From positions 932,001 to 996,000 of the forward strand of contig MU058153.1 in NCBI GenBank assembly GCA_013265495.1: 64,000 nucleotides of DNA, given 5' to 3'. Shown here in pieces: positions 13,791-26,240 of this stretch. The notes beneath the pieces are model-generated. The model ran no database searches, was not told where the DNA came from, and saw only the letters and a list, made by a program, of their open reading frames with translations. The stretch's first letter is position 1. Each line of letters opens with the position of its first letter. The position numbers and the translations under genes are program-made. Source of the stretch: Vicugna vicugna (taxonomy: Eukaryota).

Positions 13791-16700
13791 TTGCTTTAAT
13801 CTTACATTAAATGCAAGTATTGAAAATATAGTTTCATGGGTAATCTTTGGACATCCACATGCAATAGATTGAATACTGTCAGTTAGATGTAAAATATAGA
13901 TACTTTGAAAATATGTTGTTATAGATCAATGAATGAAGTCATGTATTGAAAAATAAGCTATATTTCTAATATATTCATTACTATCAAATCAAAGTAACAT
14001 TTAAAATTCATAGTCCAAAATCTGCCTTCTATGAACCCACAGAACAGAGGTACAGAAAATCTAGAAGCTGATGTGCATTTCAGAATTGGGGTCTCCTCAG
14101 AGTTAGGGACTCTGTCATTTCAATATGTTCGAAAATTCATGTATAATAAATTAGGAGGCTTGTAAAATCTAACTGGTTTCCATATCTGATTCAGCCATCT
14201 CCTTTCTGTAAATTAACATTTGCCTCATGGATTAGCAAGAATCAAAAATAGCAATCCAAACACCTGTCACATAGCACCTAGCTTTTAAACCCAAACTGTC
14301 TCTTTTCAAAAGAAATAGTCATCCTGATCGCCCTAACGTAAAGATACAAGGGGTTATTGGTGAATTCTTTTTAAATTCGCAAGCATTTGCTTTTCAGTTT
14401 TACTTACCAGTATTGTATCTAGCAGTTTGCCTCCACGGTGTAGCCACTAAAGAGAAATAAAAGCTAAAGTCATGTGCAAAAGTGAACCTTTCCAGCAATT
14501 ACCTTTCATAGTTCTATTTAAACATTTCTTTAGAATTGAGATGTGGACATTCAAGTGGAATCTGGCCACTTACGTATTTACCACGTCAAATGTCCAGTTT
14601 GCAAGCTAGTCAGGTGTCAGTGTAAAGCTAAGGGCAATAAACAATTCGATTTAGTTGCTGGCATCCCAGATGGGAGTGGTGGAAAGCGGACTGATGTTAG
14701 GACTCTTTATGTTATTTAATAAGCAAGGAATAACTCTGTCTTTGCTCCTTAACTTTTTAAAGAAACTGCCTGTTCTTTGTTCTTTGGGGACAAAAAAAGA
14801 AAATTGAACATGCTAATGAGCATAACAAAAATTACAGATGTGTGGTTTGCGAGTGTAGCCAAACTTACCTCGACAGGATTATTCTAGAGCTAAGAGAACA
14901 TGAATTTCACCACCGAAATCTTTGGCAGCAGTTTGGATTCCAAGTGAAATAAAATCAATATTTATTTAATGACTAAATAATTGGAATAGTTTAGATAAAT
15001 AAATGTAAGTGCAGTATTCATTGTTGATTTATTAATTATTCTGCCTTCTGAGGCAGTCTTCAAGTTCGTAGAAGGATAAACGTGCCGTTCACAATTTCTT
15101 CCATCTGCCGCCCACATTCCCGGGTAGCACAGTTTATATCCAGACACCATCAGTCCTTCAGTAATGGGTATGTGTGAAGTCTGTCTACTTCTTGCCAGCC
15201 AAAAACCCTATGCATTCCTCATTGTGCAGCCATCCAAAATACAGGGTGATTCTGAGAGGAGTGATACCCTCAGGGAATTTCAAGTTTACGGGAAATCAAT
15301 AAGGGCTTTCCTAAATAACTACTTAACATGGCACCTAGTACATGGTAGATGCCAAAACACATTTTTTGAGTGAATGTGGTTTTGGATTGTAGGTGCTCTG
15401 GACAAGTAGGCTCAGCCTTTTAGATTACTCAGCTTTTGGGGACTGCATGCACTTCAAGAAGATACCTTTCAGCATTCTGGGTGTCTGTCTTTTCAGTTAA
15501 GATACCAGATAATAGGGAATCTGGAGAGTTTTCTGATTACGTTACCTGTTTAATCATGGAGCTGCTTACAACTCCATTTTAAGGTAGCCCTAAAATTTCT
15601 CCAGAGCCCACACATCAGAGGATGCAAATGGATAAACCATCTTTTATACATGTCCCAAGATTAAGCCACAGGACCCTTGGCCTCTGATGCTAAGTGTGGC
15701 TTTGGATAAAAGGACTAGGATTGCTGCCTACCATTCTGGGCCTAGCCTGGTGGTTGTGTAACAGTGCCTCCATCAGCCACGTGCTTCTTGCAACTTAGAT
15801 CTTGTACTTCTTCTTTCTTGTCAAGTCCAGATTAACTTCCTCTAAGGAGAAGAGTAGCAATCCTGAAAAACGTCCATGTCCATATTTTAGCTAAATAAGT
15901 ACAGAGCCGCAATTTTAAACTTAGCCATTATATTATTTATTGCTCAACAGTGCATTTGCATGTTAAGAGTGGGTTCTAGTAATAAATCTATTTGATATAA
16001 AAGTAAGCAAAAAAACATACACTTAGGGATGTATCTTAAAGAGATTTTTTAATAAAAAAATTCAGAAATAATTGTCAATACCTCAAATTTTTTCCCATAA
16101 AATTAAAAACTACATAGTATTGTACACATTTTCCACATATATAGGAACCGAATCAAATTTTACCTAGAAACAGAGTTATAAAGTGCCTTTCAGAATTCAA
16201 CATGTCCAAAGGTATAGAGTTATCTGTACAATAATAACTATTTCGTACATACTCTGCACTGCATCATTTTGGAATACTTATTTCATAGAACTAGCTTATG
16301 GCCCATACATGAATATCAGTCTCATTATTTTGGAAACAACCTTATATAATTATCAAATCCAGTATACCATAACAAAAAGTCATGTTCTATAGTGATCCTC
16401 TAATAGATAGAATGAATTAATAATTCCATTTCTGCAACATGTTTTTGTATAATTTCATATCAAGAAAGGCACATTTTCTTTAAAAGCATTTAAAAAAGAA
16501 AGAAAGAAAATGTTGAAAAAGAATGATTGCCAAAGCACTAAATATTTATACATCTAACTATATTATATATGTAAAATTATATGATATCTATAAAATTATA
16601 TTATACATATGTTGTTACATTGTTATGTTGGTATGCATTTATACACTTGTAACTCAGAATATAGTTTTCTCATTTGACTGATGAGAGATCATTTGAGCTG

Positions 16701-16879
16701 ATGAGTTGGTTTTGGGTTGGAATGGCAAGACATGACTTTTAAATCCTCCTACATACAAGTACTTATATTAATTTTCCTTCTAACTTATCATAAAAATATA
16801 GATACATAATTATAGAAATCTTTTAGAATGTCAGACCAATTTACATCCACATTTTTTCTCAGTATAATCCTGTAGTAAG

Positions 16880-17350
16880 ATGGCAGTCATCTATAGGTGT
16901 GATTCACTAAAATCATGTTCGTTGTATAATACACTGCCTTTCCCTGGTCATAGTTGCTTAGAGGATGGCATGCATTGACTCAAGACGAGGAAGCTGCATT
17001 TCTGTTTTGAAAATGTAGAGCTGCATCTCAGAGACTTTCATTAAACTCTTCTAAGTAGTTGAGCTGGAAAGTGGCAAAAGAGAAAGTAAGTCTGATTGTA
17101 AGTAGCACTGTACAAGGCAGCACAGAGCCAGTTCATGAGAGTCTGTGGGAATGAAGGTGATCCCAGAGGAGATCACGATGGCACACACCGTGAGACTGAG
17201 ACTGGTAGTGGAACCCCTTAATCCCAAAGGCCTTTAGACTTATTCCTATACCTCAGAGGCCTGGTTCACAGATAAGGAAATATCTCTAATAAAATAAACT
17301 CCATTTCCTTGAAGCAAGCTTTGGAGAAGTTCTCAAATATGCCATCAAGA
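16880..17350 (+). mobile_element. Old MLT1-type LTR remnant
   Basis: 'ttccctggtcatagttgcttagaggatggcatg...gactcaag' and 'aataaactccatttccttgaagcaagctttgga' near the 3' end. Confidence 0.6.
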
Positions 17351-17599
17351 GCCTTTTCTCAGAATTGTACATTCAGTAAGCATTGCAGACCTATTAGACT
17401 CTAGACTAAGAATTCAGAGGAAAAAATGTATGACAGTAGCCCCCACTCTGACCTCAGCTTCATCTCATTTAGAGAGGAAGGAGAAAGATGAGGAGGAAAA
17501 AAAAAAGTAGAGGTCACTGTGGTTAGTAAATAATTACATTACATGGTGTTAAGTATTGAAATAGCAGTAAAAGTTAAATTGTATAAGCAAGGGCAGAGT

Positions 17600-18070
17600 T
17601 TGGGGCATTGGGATGCACTTGGCAGGAAAGAGAGCATCTGAAAAGTCTTAGATAAGCAGGACATCACTTGGCAGAGAAAAGGGAGAAGAGGGTTCCAAGA
17701 AGAGAGGGAATAACACGAAAAAAAGATATTAAAATTGGCAGGAAGATGGAATGCATTTGGGGACATAGGCTGGAAAGACAGAACAATGTCAGAATGTAAA
17801 GCTCTTGAATTCTAGCCTATAATATTCGGATTTTATCCCATAGGCCATAGGTTCTGTGATCATGTCCCAGTCTGCCAGGGACTGTTCTAATGGATACTCA
17901 CCATCTTAATACAATTATCAGTAGCACCCCCTTTCTCATTCTCAATAGTGTCTCAGTTCAGGCAATTTAGTATTTGGTCACCATACCCATAGGGAGCTAT
18001 TAAAGGGTTTTGGCTGAAAAATAACATAAGTAAATCTTTATTTTGCAATTATCATTCTTGGAAGTGTGTA
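17600..18070 (-). mobile_element. LINE-2 fragment, interrupted by a MER94-like element
   Basis: Purine-rich 'gggagaagagggttccaagaagagagggaataac' and 'ggattttatcccatagg...gggagctattaaagggtttt...tttattttgcaattatcattctt' are L2 reverse-strand motifs. Confidence 0.7.
17848..17985 (+). mobile_element. MER94-like hAT-Blackjack DNA transposon
   Basis: 'tgtcccagtctgccagggactgttc...aattatcagtagcacccc...ctcaatagtgtctcagttcagg...tggtcaccata'. Confidence 0.75.
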
Positions 18071-18290
18071 TAGCAGCAAACCAAGGCCTGCTCTAGTCAA
18101 ATCAAACTTGTGGCCTGTTTTTGTCAATAAAGTTTTATTAAAACACAGTTAATCCTGATTTTTACTTCTACATAACAACAGGATCGAATAGTTGTGATGG
18201 AGATCATATGATCTGCAAACTGAAAATATTTATTGTAATATTTTCTGCAAAACTCTGGAGATTTTTACAGAAAAATTTTGCTGACTCCCA
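18070..18290 (+). mobile_element. MER58A-like hAT-Charlie DNA transposon
   Basis: 'gcctgtttttgtcaataaagttttattaaaacacag...tttacagaaaaattttgctgactccca'. Confidence 0.85.
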
Positions 18291-19379
18291 GTAGAGAGCA
18301 AAGATGGAGGACATAAGACTGGAAGTAGAACCACAATGTCTTTTTAAAATAAGAGTCCATGCCTTTTTCATCTCCAAGTATATTTAAGTTTTAGTACCAT
18401 GTGGCAGGTTTATTAAAATATGGACATTTGGATAGTGACATTTTGTTTTAAGATAGCCTTCTTCATATGAACAGAGAGCCTTGGCAAAGCCCCACAAAGG
18501 TGCTCTAACTATTGCATCTGGAATAAAAAAGAAACTTATTCTGAGATCTTTTTGTTCCAAAGGCTCTTGTCTAGTAAGAAGACTCCAATTGCCATTAAAA
18601 ATCCAAAATAGATAAACCTGAAGTGTAAAAGTAATTACACAGAAGGTCACACAAAATGGGTATAAAATGGTTCAGGCTGAAAACAGCCTCAAGAGCAGAA
18701 ATCAGGATCAGTAAGCAGCAGCCCCGCCTCTGCGTTTTTCTTGGGAAGGAAGAACATGTACCAGTTCTGATTGGTTTTATTGCTCTGACCCAAAGCGCCA
18801 AAACCCAGCATATCTTGCCCTTAAATAACTTGCAAAGAGGAAGTATTTGTGTATGAGTTGCCGGTGGCCTCAGAAAAGAGTGAACCGTGTGTCCAAGATT
18901 TTAGTTATGTAAGATACACAGTCATCAACAAGAAATGTATCCTGTCAGGTTGAATGTACTAAGATTATAAAGTGAGAGAAAGAATGGTACTTCCTTACAT
19001 TTCTAAGAACTCTAGAAATATTATAAAGCACTGAGATAGTATTTTATTTTTAGTTCTACCAAACCATGTGATGTAACATTTACAGGATGAGATTGCATCA
19101 GGAGCTTACAGTATTTACAGATAGGAGGACTGAGTCTCAGGAAGGAGGCACAATTTTTTTTTTAAGCCCATGTGATTGGAGAAATTTCATGAACTCAGGC
19201 TTTCGGAACGCAGGAATGTTGCTTATTTTGTGGGCTTTGTGCAAGGACCACCCATTATTTTACTTCTTACTGTTTTCTTTAATACTTATGGTAGAATTCA
19301 GGGGTATTTGCTCTTGGGATAGAAAAATATACATATACTTTATCTGCGCTAATGGCTAAGTGAAATTATCATTTCTGTC

Positions 19380-19745
19380 AATTGTGAATGTAGGCAATAA
19401 ACCATACTTGCATTATTTTTTCATAAAAAATCAGTTTTCATATCATATTATAGTTGTGTCAGATACCACAAAATATCTTTCATACTCATCACTACTTTGA
19501 AATTATTATAGTTAGAATTACTGCTAGATCTTATCATTTAATTTATTAATAAAGATGCATATATATTTTTATATAAAAAATTTCAACATATTGATGCCAG
19601 TATAGCAATATATATTTTTTGCTCTGTAATGTTATGTATTGTATTTTTTTCATTTAAAAAACATTAATCTGAGAAGAAACCCATAGATGTCACCAGATTA
19701 GCAAAGGGAACCATGGCATGAAAAACCAAATTCCTCCCAGGGCCC
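19380..19745. mobile_element. hAT-Charlie-type DNA transposon remnant
   Basis: 'tctgagaagaaacccatagatgtcaccagattagcaaagggaaccatggcatgaaaaa' resembles a Charlie-family subterminal sequence. Confidence 0.6.
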
Positions 19746-19754
19746 ACAATATCT

Positions 19755-20238
19755 GTTCAGTTAGCTGTTGGTATATAATGAATCAACCCAGAATTTAATA
19801 GTTTAAAACAGCAGCAATTGTTATTGTTCTTTTCCATGAGTCTCAGGTTTGGCTGGGATACAGGTAGGTGGTAATTACACAGGGTTTGCCGTGCTCTTGC
19901 ATCCAGATGTTGGCTGGAACTGGACTCATTTCAGGTGTGAAAGTAGATGCTGGCAGTCGGCTGTGACTTAAACGGGGTCATGCCTATAAGTGGCTGTTTG
20001 GCTTTCTCAAAGTATGGCAGCTGGTTCCGAGGCTGAGCATTCTAAGAGATCCAGACAGAAGCCATATTGCCTTTTAGAACCTAGCCGCCAAAGTCACATA
20101 GCATCACTTTCTCCAGTGATAAAGGAGAGATGACATCAACCCCAACTCTCATTAAGAAGAGTGGCAATGTCACATCATAGGAGCATGTGGGACAGGACAT
20201 ATTTTGATGAACCTCTTTGAAAAATACAGTTTACCCCA
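19755..20238 (-). mobile_element. MLT1 (H-like) solo LTR
   Basis: Starts 'tgttcagttagctgttgg...aacccagaatttaatagtttaaaacagc', contains 'ctagccgccaaagtcacatagcatcacttt', ends 'ctttgaaaaatacagtttacccca'. Confidence 0.85.
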
Positions 20239-22249
20239 ATGTCCCAAGGTTTTCCTGCTCCTGAGTCTTTCACATAGTGTATGTCCCGCTCTAAATGTTC
20301 TAATGTTCCTCTGTTACTTCTTTTACCTTATTCTCCTGTTTTTCCCTTTAAACCCAAAGCAAAGCAGAAATTCCACTTCACATCTTGCCCAAACATTCCC
20401 CCTTCTTTTCACACATACCTAATTTCTTTGTGGAGTTGGAGGGCGAGGGTGTCTGTGCTATAATTTTACCATAAGCTTTACTTTAATTTGTGAGTTTACT
20501 TAACAAATGGTAGTACTCATTTGTTTCTACATCTTTTCTCTTACTTGATTGGGACTTCTCTGAGGATAGATTCCCCTTCTGTTGGCCCCACACGACTACT
20601 TATTTGTTGCACATTTATACTCAACTAATATTTGTGGAATGAACAACTGCTCTTCCAAATTCAGCTGCCATCTGAAGAGTCCTTCCCCTTTTTAAAAAGA
20701 CGTGAAGCTCCTGAGTCATGGGGTAGCAACAGCTCCATTTGCTATTTCCTTCTTTCCGGATTTAATAAATGAGTTCAAGGCAACAACCTTAGCTCAACAG
20801 AACCAAATACCATCACTGATTCTCATAGACTTTTTAGGAATGACATCATCTCTGACTCAAAACCAAAGGCAGAGACACCACAAGATTACTGAAAACCTGA
20901 GAACGTAATTCCTCCAAAAGAGACCAGAGTGCTTGGATAAAGCAGATGAAATGTTGAGCCATGGGTTAAGGGGTCAATCACGTGAGATTACTTTAAAGTA
21001 CAAGTACTTAAGTTGTGTGGCTTTCTGATACACCGTCAAATGACATAGTAGAAGGACCAAAACGTTCATGAGAGATGCGTTTCATATCCTGGTAAAGGAG
21101 GAAGAATTAATCTTGGAAAGACTCAAACTCATTCACATTAAAGTTAAAAGGGAAAAAAAAAGTTTTGTATAATCTTTCAGATGCATATGAAATATGAAAC
21201 TCTGGCCATTAAACAAACTTTTTTTTTTTTTAACACAAGATGAAAAAGCTGAGCTGGTTCACTGAGAAAATAGAAGCCGGGAAATTCATAGCATTTGTTA
21301 AGCTTAGTAACAAGAACCAAAGAAAGCGCTCTGCTATGAAGAGATTCAGGTAGAAGTAAGCTATTTCCTAGATTATGCTACTATGAGTTGATGTGCAAAA
21401 AGCATCTATGATTAGATAGAAGCCAGGATGTATACACTTCCCAACTGAGACAGGCATATTTACAGAATTGGCAGAGATCAGTGTGATAAGAAAGGTTAGG
21501 CTTAAACTCACCACTAATGAAGGGCAACAGATGGTTCAGGAGACCAAGCTGTGTGACATCACTCACCTAGAGGAAAGGTCAGGGCGTGGGGCGCCCCTTA
21601 TTAAATTCATCAGATAAGCCTTGCAGTGTTCATTTCTGCTGAAAAGTTGATCATGACATGCATTTTGCTCCATGATTTGGGAATTTTTGAATCTTGACTC
21701 AATGCTCCCAACAGATTGATAGTATGAATTTTCGATACCAAAGTGACCTCATTTGTAAGCTCTAGTAAGGAATAATATATTGGATCTTCATTAGAATTAG
21801 ACTGGTAGGGGTGGAAACATTTTTGAATAAAAGATGTAATCTTGAAAATATTTCTTTTGTGTAAATACTTTTCCTAGTTCTGAGAAATTTTTGAGTAGAT
21901 TTCATCATTTAATGTATTCTTGTCAACAAAGAAAAAAAAAGCTTTATATAAATTCTGGCACTTTATATTAACAAGCCTATCTCTGTTGTATTAGTTATTA
22001 TGCTGAATGTAAAAGGACTTCTAAACTGATTACCTTTTGTAGAAATATGATTCAAATAACTTCTCAATGCTATGTCTTTAAAAAATGAATTTGCTCTGAG
22101 AGTAAATGGAACCATCCTTCTACATCTTTATTCACTGAGTAGCCACTTAGAGACAGACAGCAGTGTCGCCCTCCTGTCTCCACTAGCAGTCCACGCCCCC
22201 ATCCCTGCACTGGATAGAGCGCCATGTTGCTGGAGGAAACAGATGCTCT

Positions 22250-22360
22250 GGCCCCAGCGCAAACTCAGTGAACCTGAATTTCTAGAGACAAGATCTGAGC
22301 ATGTAAACTTTATAAAGGCTTCCCAAATGATTCTAATGTGCAGCTGGGTCAGAGCACTTG
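22250..22360. mobile_element. MER5-like DNA transposon fragment
   Basis: 'tgaacctgaatttctagag...ggcttcccaaatgattctaatgtgcagctggg'. Confidence 0.75.
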
Positions 22361-23669
22361 GAAGGCATACGCAGGCCTCTTATTTTTGAATGTTAACACT
22401 TTCTTCACAATTGCAGCATTGGGGTAGGTGCTCTTCTCATAGGGGGGTGGTAAAAAACCATAAGGACATCATTTTCCAAAATAAGGGAGGAACGGTGTGA
22501 CATTGATGCTGAGAAAATAATCCCTGAGCCTTATTCTTCCCAGAGAAGGGAAAGTGAGCTCTCATTCTTCATGGCCCACTTAGTTGGGGCAGCTCACAGA
22601 GGCTGAATTGGAGCCAGCTAGGCGGAGAATAATCTTCCCTTGCCTAAACTAATGAATGGTGAGATGAGGAGTGTTATTGGAAAAATGCACCAAAATCTCA
22701 CATGTTTGTTTAAATGAAGCTGTGGTCAAACTATGTACAGAACAAACCCTATGCAGCTTTCGGCAGAGATAGGAGAGAAAGTTAATAGAAACTTGAACCG
22801 ATGATACCACATTAATTGTCCGGTTGGATAGAAGACCAAACTAAATCAACGTTCTGGGAAGTAAGAAAGTCACCCATTATTCTGGGTGTAATACCCAGTA
22901 TATTTTTTACATTCCTGTTTAATTCCTTCCCCTCAAAAATGTTTTCTTTTTTAATAGGCAGCTATGTTTGGTGGCTCTTTTTTTCCTCAACAAGTGCCGG
23001 ATGCTTTATTCCTTGCAGTAACTGGTTCTGTCATGTATACAGTGGTAGAGAAAAGAGAGTTCACTTGTGAATTGTGGGTATAGCTATTCTGTTCTGTAAA
23101 ATATTGAAATGATAGTCTGTAAGACCCATTTTAATAGCAGGGGGCCAAGATGACTCCCATTATAAAAGAGAGTGTATATAAAAATGTTTAAAATGTAGTA
23201 GATGCTCAAAAATAATGAGAATAGTAGGAAATTCTCATCATTATTGAATAGTTTGCTTTGATTTTATAAGTGGACCAATGAGGAGCTTGCAAACTTTTCT
23301 TCCAACCATGGGATTAAATTGTTTGTGTTAGAATATATACTCTAGCTTCTTATGCGAGCAGAAGGGAAAAAAATACTTGCTGTGCTTCTGTAACTTTCAG
23401 CCAATGATACATAGGACGAAAACATACCGTCCTTTACACCATAACACCCGCATACTACTAATCCACTTACTACACAGCATCCTCAAAATGATGGTCATCT
23501 CTAGGGAGGGTTGTTGATTGTCCAGTTGTAGGAGAACCAAATGATAAGGTTTGAAATTATTTTCAAAGCTGTAACACATTCTGCCGATTAAAGGCCTATT
23601 GATTATATTTTTATATAACTTTGACCTTCTCTACATGCCTTATTGTTTTCTTTTTATTGGGCCTTGTGC

Positions 23670-23752
23670 CCACTGGAGGATGGGAGCCCCTTGAGGATGG
23701 GGCCTTGTCTTGTTTTGCATCAGACAGTGGTACATAACAGGTCTTCAATAAT
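23670..23752 (+). mobile_element. LINE-2 3' terminal fragment
   Basis: 'gagccccttgaggatggggccttgtcttgttt...tggtacataacaggtcttcaataat'. Confidence 0.65.
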
Positions 23753-23924
23753 AATAATAATAGTAGCTGCCATTATTGTTGTTGAAAGCTGATAAAGATT
23801 TCAGTGCATAGTTGGTGACTTTGTAATTAACTTGTCTCGTATTTTTATTTCCCGGAAAACATTGGGTTGTACTTGCTTCAGATAGTTTCACCATGTGCTC
23901 AGAGATCATTTCTTTTTTCAGCTT

Positions 23925-24030
23925 TTTCCATCTCAGTTTCCTTAATTCTCAAATGAGGATAAGCCACCCCCCGCCACACACACAGATTCGTCTTCAAGGC
24001 TGAATAAGATAATGTGTTTGAAAGTAATCT
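23925..24030 (+). mobile_element. MIR fragment
   Basis: 'tctcagtttccttaattctcaaatgaggataa...tgaataagataatgtgtttgaaagt'. Confidence 0.6.
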
Positions 24031-25569
24031 TAAGCTCTCAAGAGTCGTTCAAGTGTTTTTAGTGCCCTGAAGTAAGCTAAAGTCATATAAGGGACAAAAC
24101 AAATGTCATGTCTTAGAGACCAAAATACTTTCTTAGGAAATAACAGAAAGTTATTTTCTTCTGGATGACTTACATAATTCTGTCCAGGAAGAAGAGGGCA
24201 AGAGGGCCGGAAACACATGGTCTCTTAAATATCATTATTAATACTATGAAAAATAGCTGCATGCTTTATCTTTAAAATATATATAAAAGAAATCATTTCT
24301 AGCCTCTTTAATTGTAGCTGTGAGTATATATTATGAAGCACAGACATAATCCCCAGAGATGAGTGGACACTTAATATTTCAAGCACTGACTAGGCCTGGG
24401 AAGTAGGCAGTCCTGTTCCCCTTGAAAGCTGGTGGTGGTGGTCCTCAGAGGTTAGAAAATAGGAAGAAATTCTCCTCCTCAAGAGTGTTGATTTGGATTC
24501 AAGGCTGCAGACCTAAATCCTCTAAAGTTTATAAGGAAAATTCCCATCTGAGTTTTCATGCTGACTCATCTGAAAGCGGTGTGTTAACAATGGGGGCGTA
24601 GCAGGAGTTCCTGCCAGAAAGCGGGCTCTCCACCTGCTGCCTCTGAAGGTGAGGTTCTGATGTTCTGAATTGCCTCTGCCCCCAACGTGGTCATAGTGAA
24701 ATTTTAAATTGCCCTCTTTAGCAGTGGAAGTCTGAGCCCAGAGATCGCTGTGACTAACGACAGCTTCCCTGTTCCTTTTCCAGAGTTATTGTGCCAACTA
24801 AGGTGTAGCTTAGTGGGGATTTTTCCGCTCCTCCCCTCGACTTCCATAATCCTCATCAGCATCCCCCAGAAACCCCAGTGCACACCCAGCACACGAGCAA
24901 TATGCTTGCAATGCAGATGCTCTCAAAACAAGTCTCTTAGGTTTCCTTAAAACCAGATGACTGTTCCCAAGAGCTTCCTGTATACAGATGTCCAATCTCT
25001 TCTCCCTGGAGGTTGAAAAACAGCCCAAAGGAGGTGCATGTCCTGAGTTAGCATGATTTTCTTCCACTGCATCACGCAAAATGCTGAAGTCATGTGGATT
25101 TTTCGGAACGATTTCTCTGGTGTGTTGCCAGAGCAACACAATCTAATGAGCATTTGGGATGGGGCGCGGCAAGCTGAGGTGGGCGTCAGGTGCGCTGCTC
25201 ACAGGTGCAGACCTCCGAAGGACTGGCTTTCAAGTCTGACTTGCCAATTGGATATGCCTGTCAGTTTGCATTAGCCTCCAATTTAAATTCAGCCGTTGTC
25301 ATTTCTGTTTTAGCCTCACATGCATTTGGACGGAAGACCCTGAGTAAAATTTCAGTCCCCAGAAAGTCCTGTCTGTTAACATAATGCTAGGAAGAAGCTC
25401 TGGTAAGGTAAAATGAATGAGACACCAAATGTGTTCCCTTGGCAGTAGAATCTGCCTTTTCTTTTCTAAAAGTGTTTATCTGAAACTTTGTTCTGTACTA
25501 ACAACCAGAAAATTGAGCTTGTAGGTTAACTCATAGGACAGTATTAGTACTAGTTATTGTAAAAGACAA

Positions 25570-25720
25570 AGTTCTCATAAGTTTCTCAGAGGCAATATTA
25601 CTGCAAATTCATAGGTGAGGAACTGAGACTTGGGCGGACTGGCCTAACTTGGCCGAAGTTTCAGGGCTAGTGAGCAGTGGGTCAAGGATTCCAACTCCCA
25701 CCTTTCTGACTCTAAAGTTA
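25570..25720 (-). mobile_element. MIR SINE
   Basis: 'ataggtgaggaactgagact...taacttggccgaagtttcagggctagtgagcagtgg...ctgactctaaag'. Confidence 0.8.
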
Positions 25721-25784
25721 CATCCATCTTTTTTTCATTACCTTACAGACGTATATGGAGTACAGTGATGGAAATGGCTATAAT

Positions 25785-26240
25785 TTATTTAATACTTCTA
25801 ACATGTCAAAGGCAAGGCTTTGTTGGTGAGCAAGGCGAATGCAGTCTTTAGCCTCAGCTGACTTAGAGTCTAAGTGAAAAAAAGAAAAGCAAAACAAGTG
25901 ATGCAAGGGCCATTTAAATGTTGAAAGGGAAAGGAGAGAATGCTGTGGCATCACAGAGCAGGCGAACTGAACACGTCCTGTGAGGGAACAGGTGCAGTCG
26001 AGGTGGAGAGTTGAACAGTAGAATTTGACCAGGTAATGATAGAGAAAGACGTGCGCTTAGAAGGGGGCAGGGATATCTGAGCAAAAGAAATGGCAAAGGA
26101 TCAAGGTTGAGAAAACAGACAGGTTAATAAAGAAAACCGGAAATGGCTTGGATGGAGAAAGACCTACAGGATGGAGAATGAGGAAGATGCTGATGGACTA
26201 GAAAGCTTTAGAAGGAGTCAAGTGTCATACTGTAGAAATA
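25785..26240 (-). mobile_element. LINE-2 fragment
   Basis: Purine-rich reverse-strand L2 pattern ('cagtctttagcctcagctgacttagagtctaagtg', 'gtagaatttgaccagg', 'ggcaaagg'). Confidence 0.55.

Noticed and set aside
22165..22235. CTCF-like motifs (also ~40245-40262)
   Set aside because: Spacing or core positions deviate from the consensus; too weak to call without a PWM scan.
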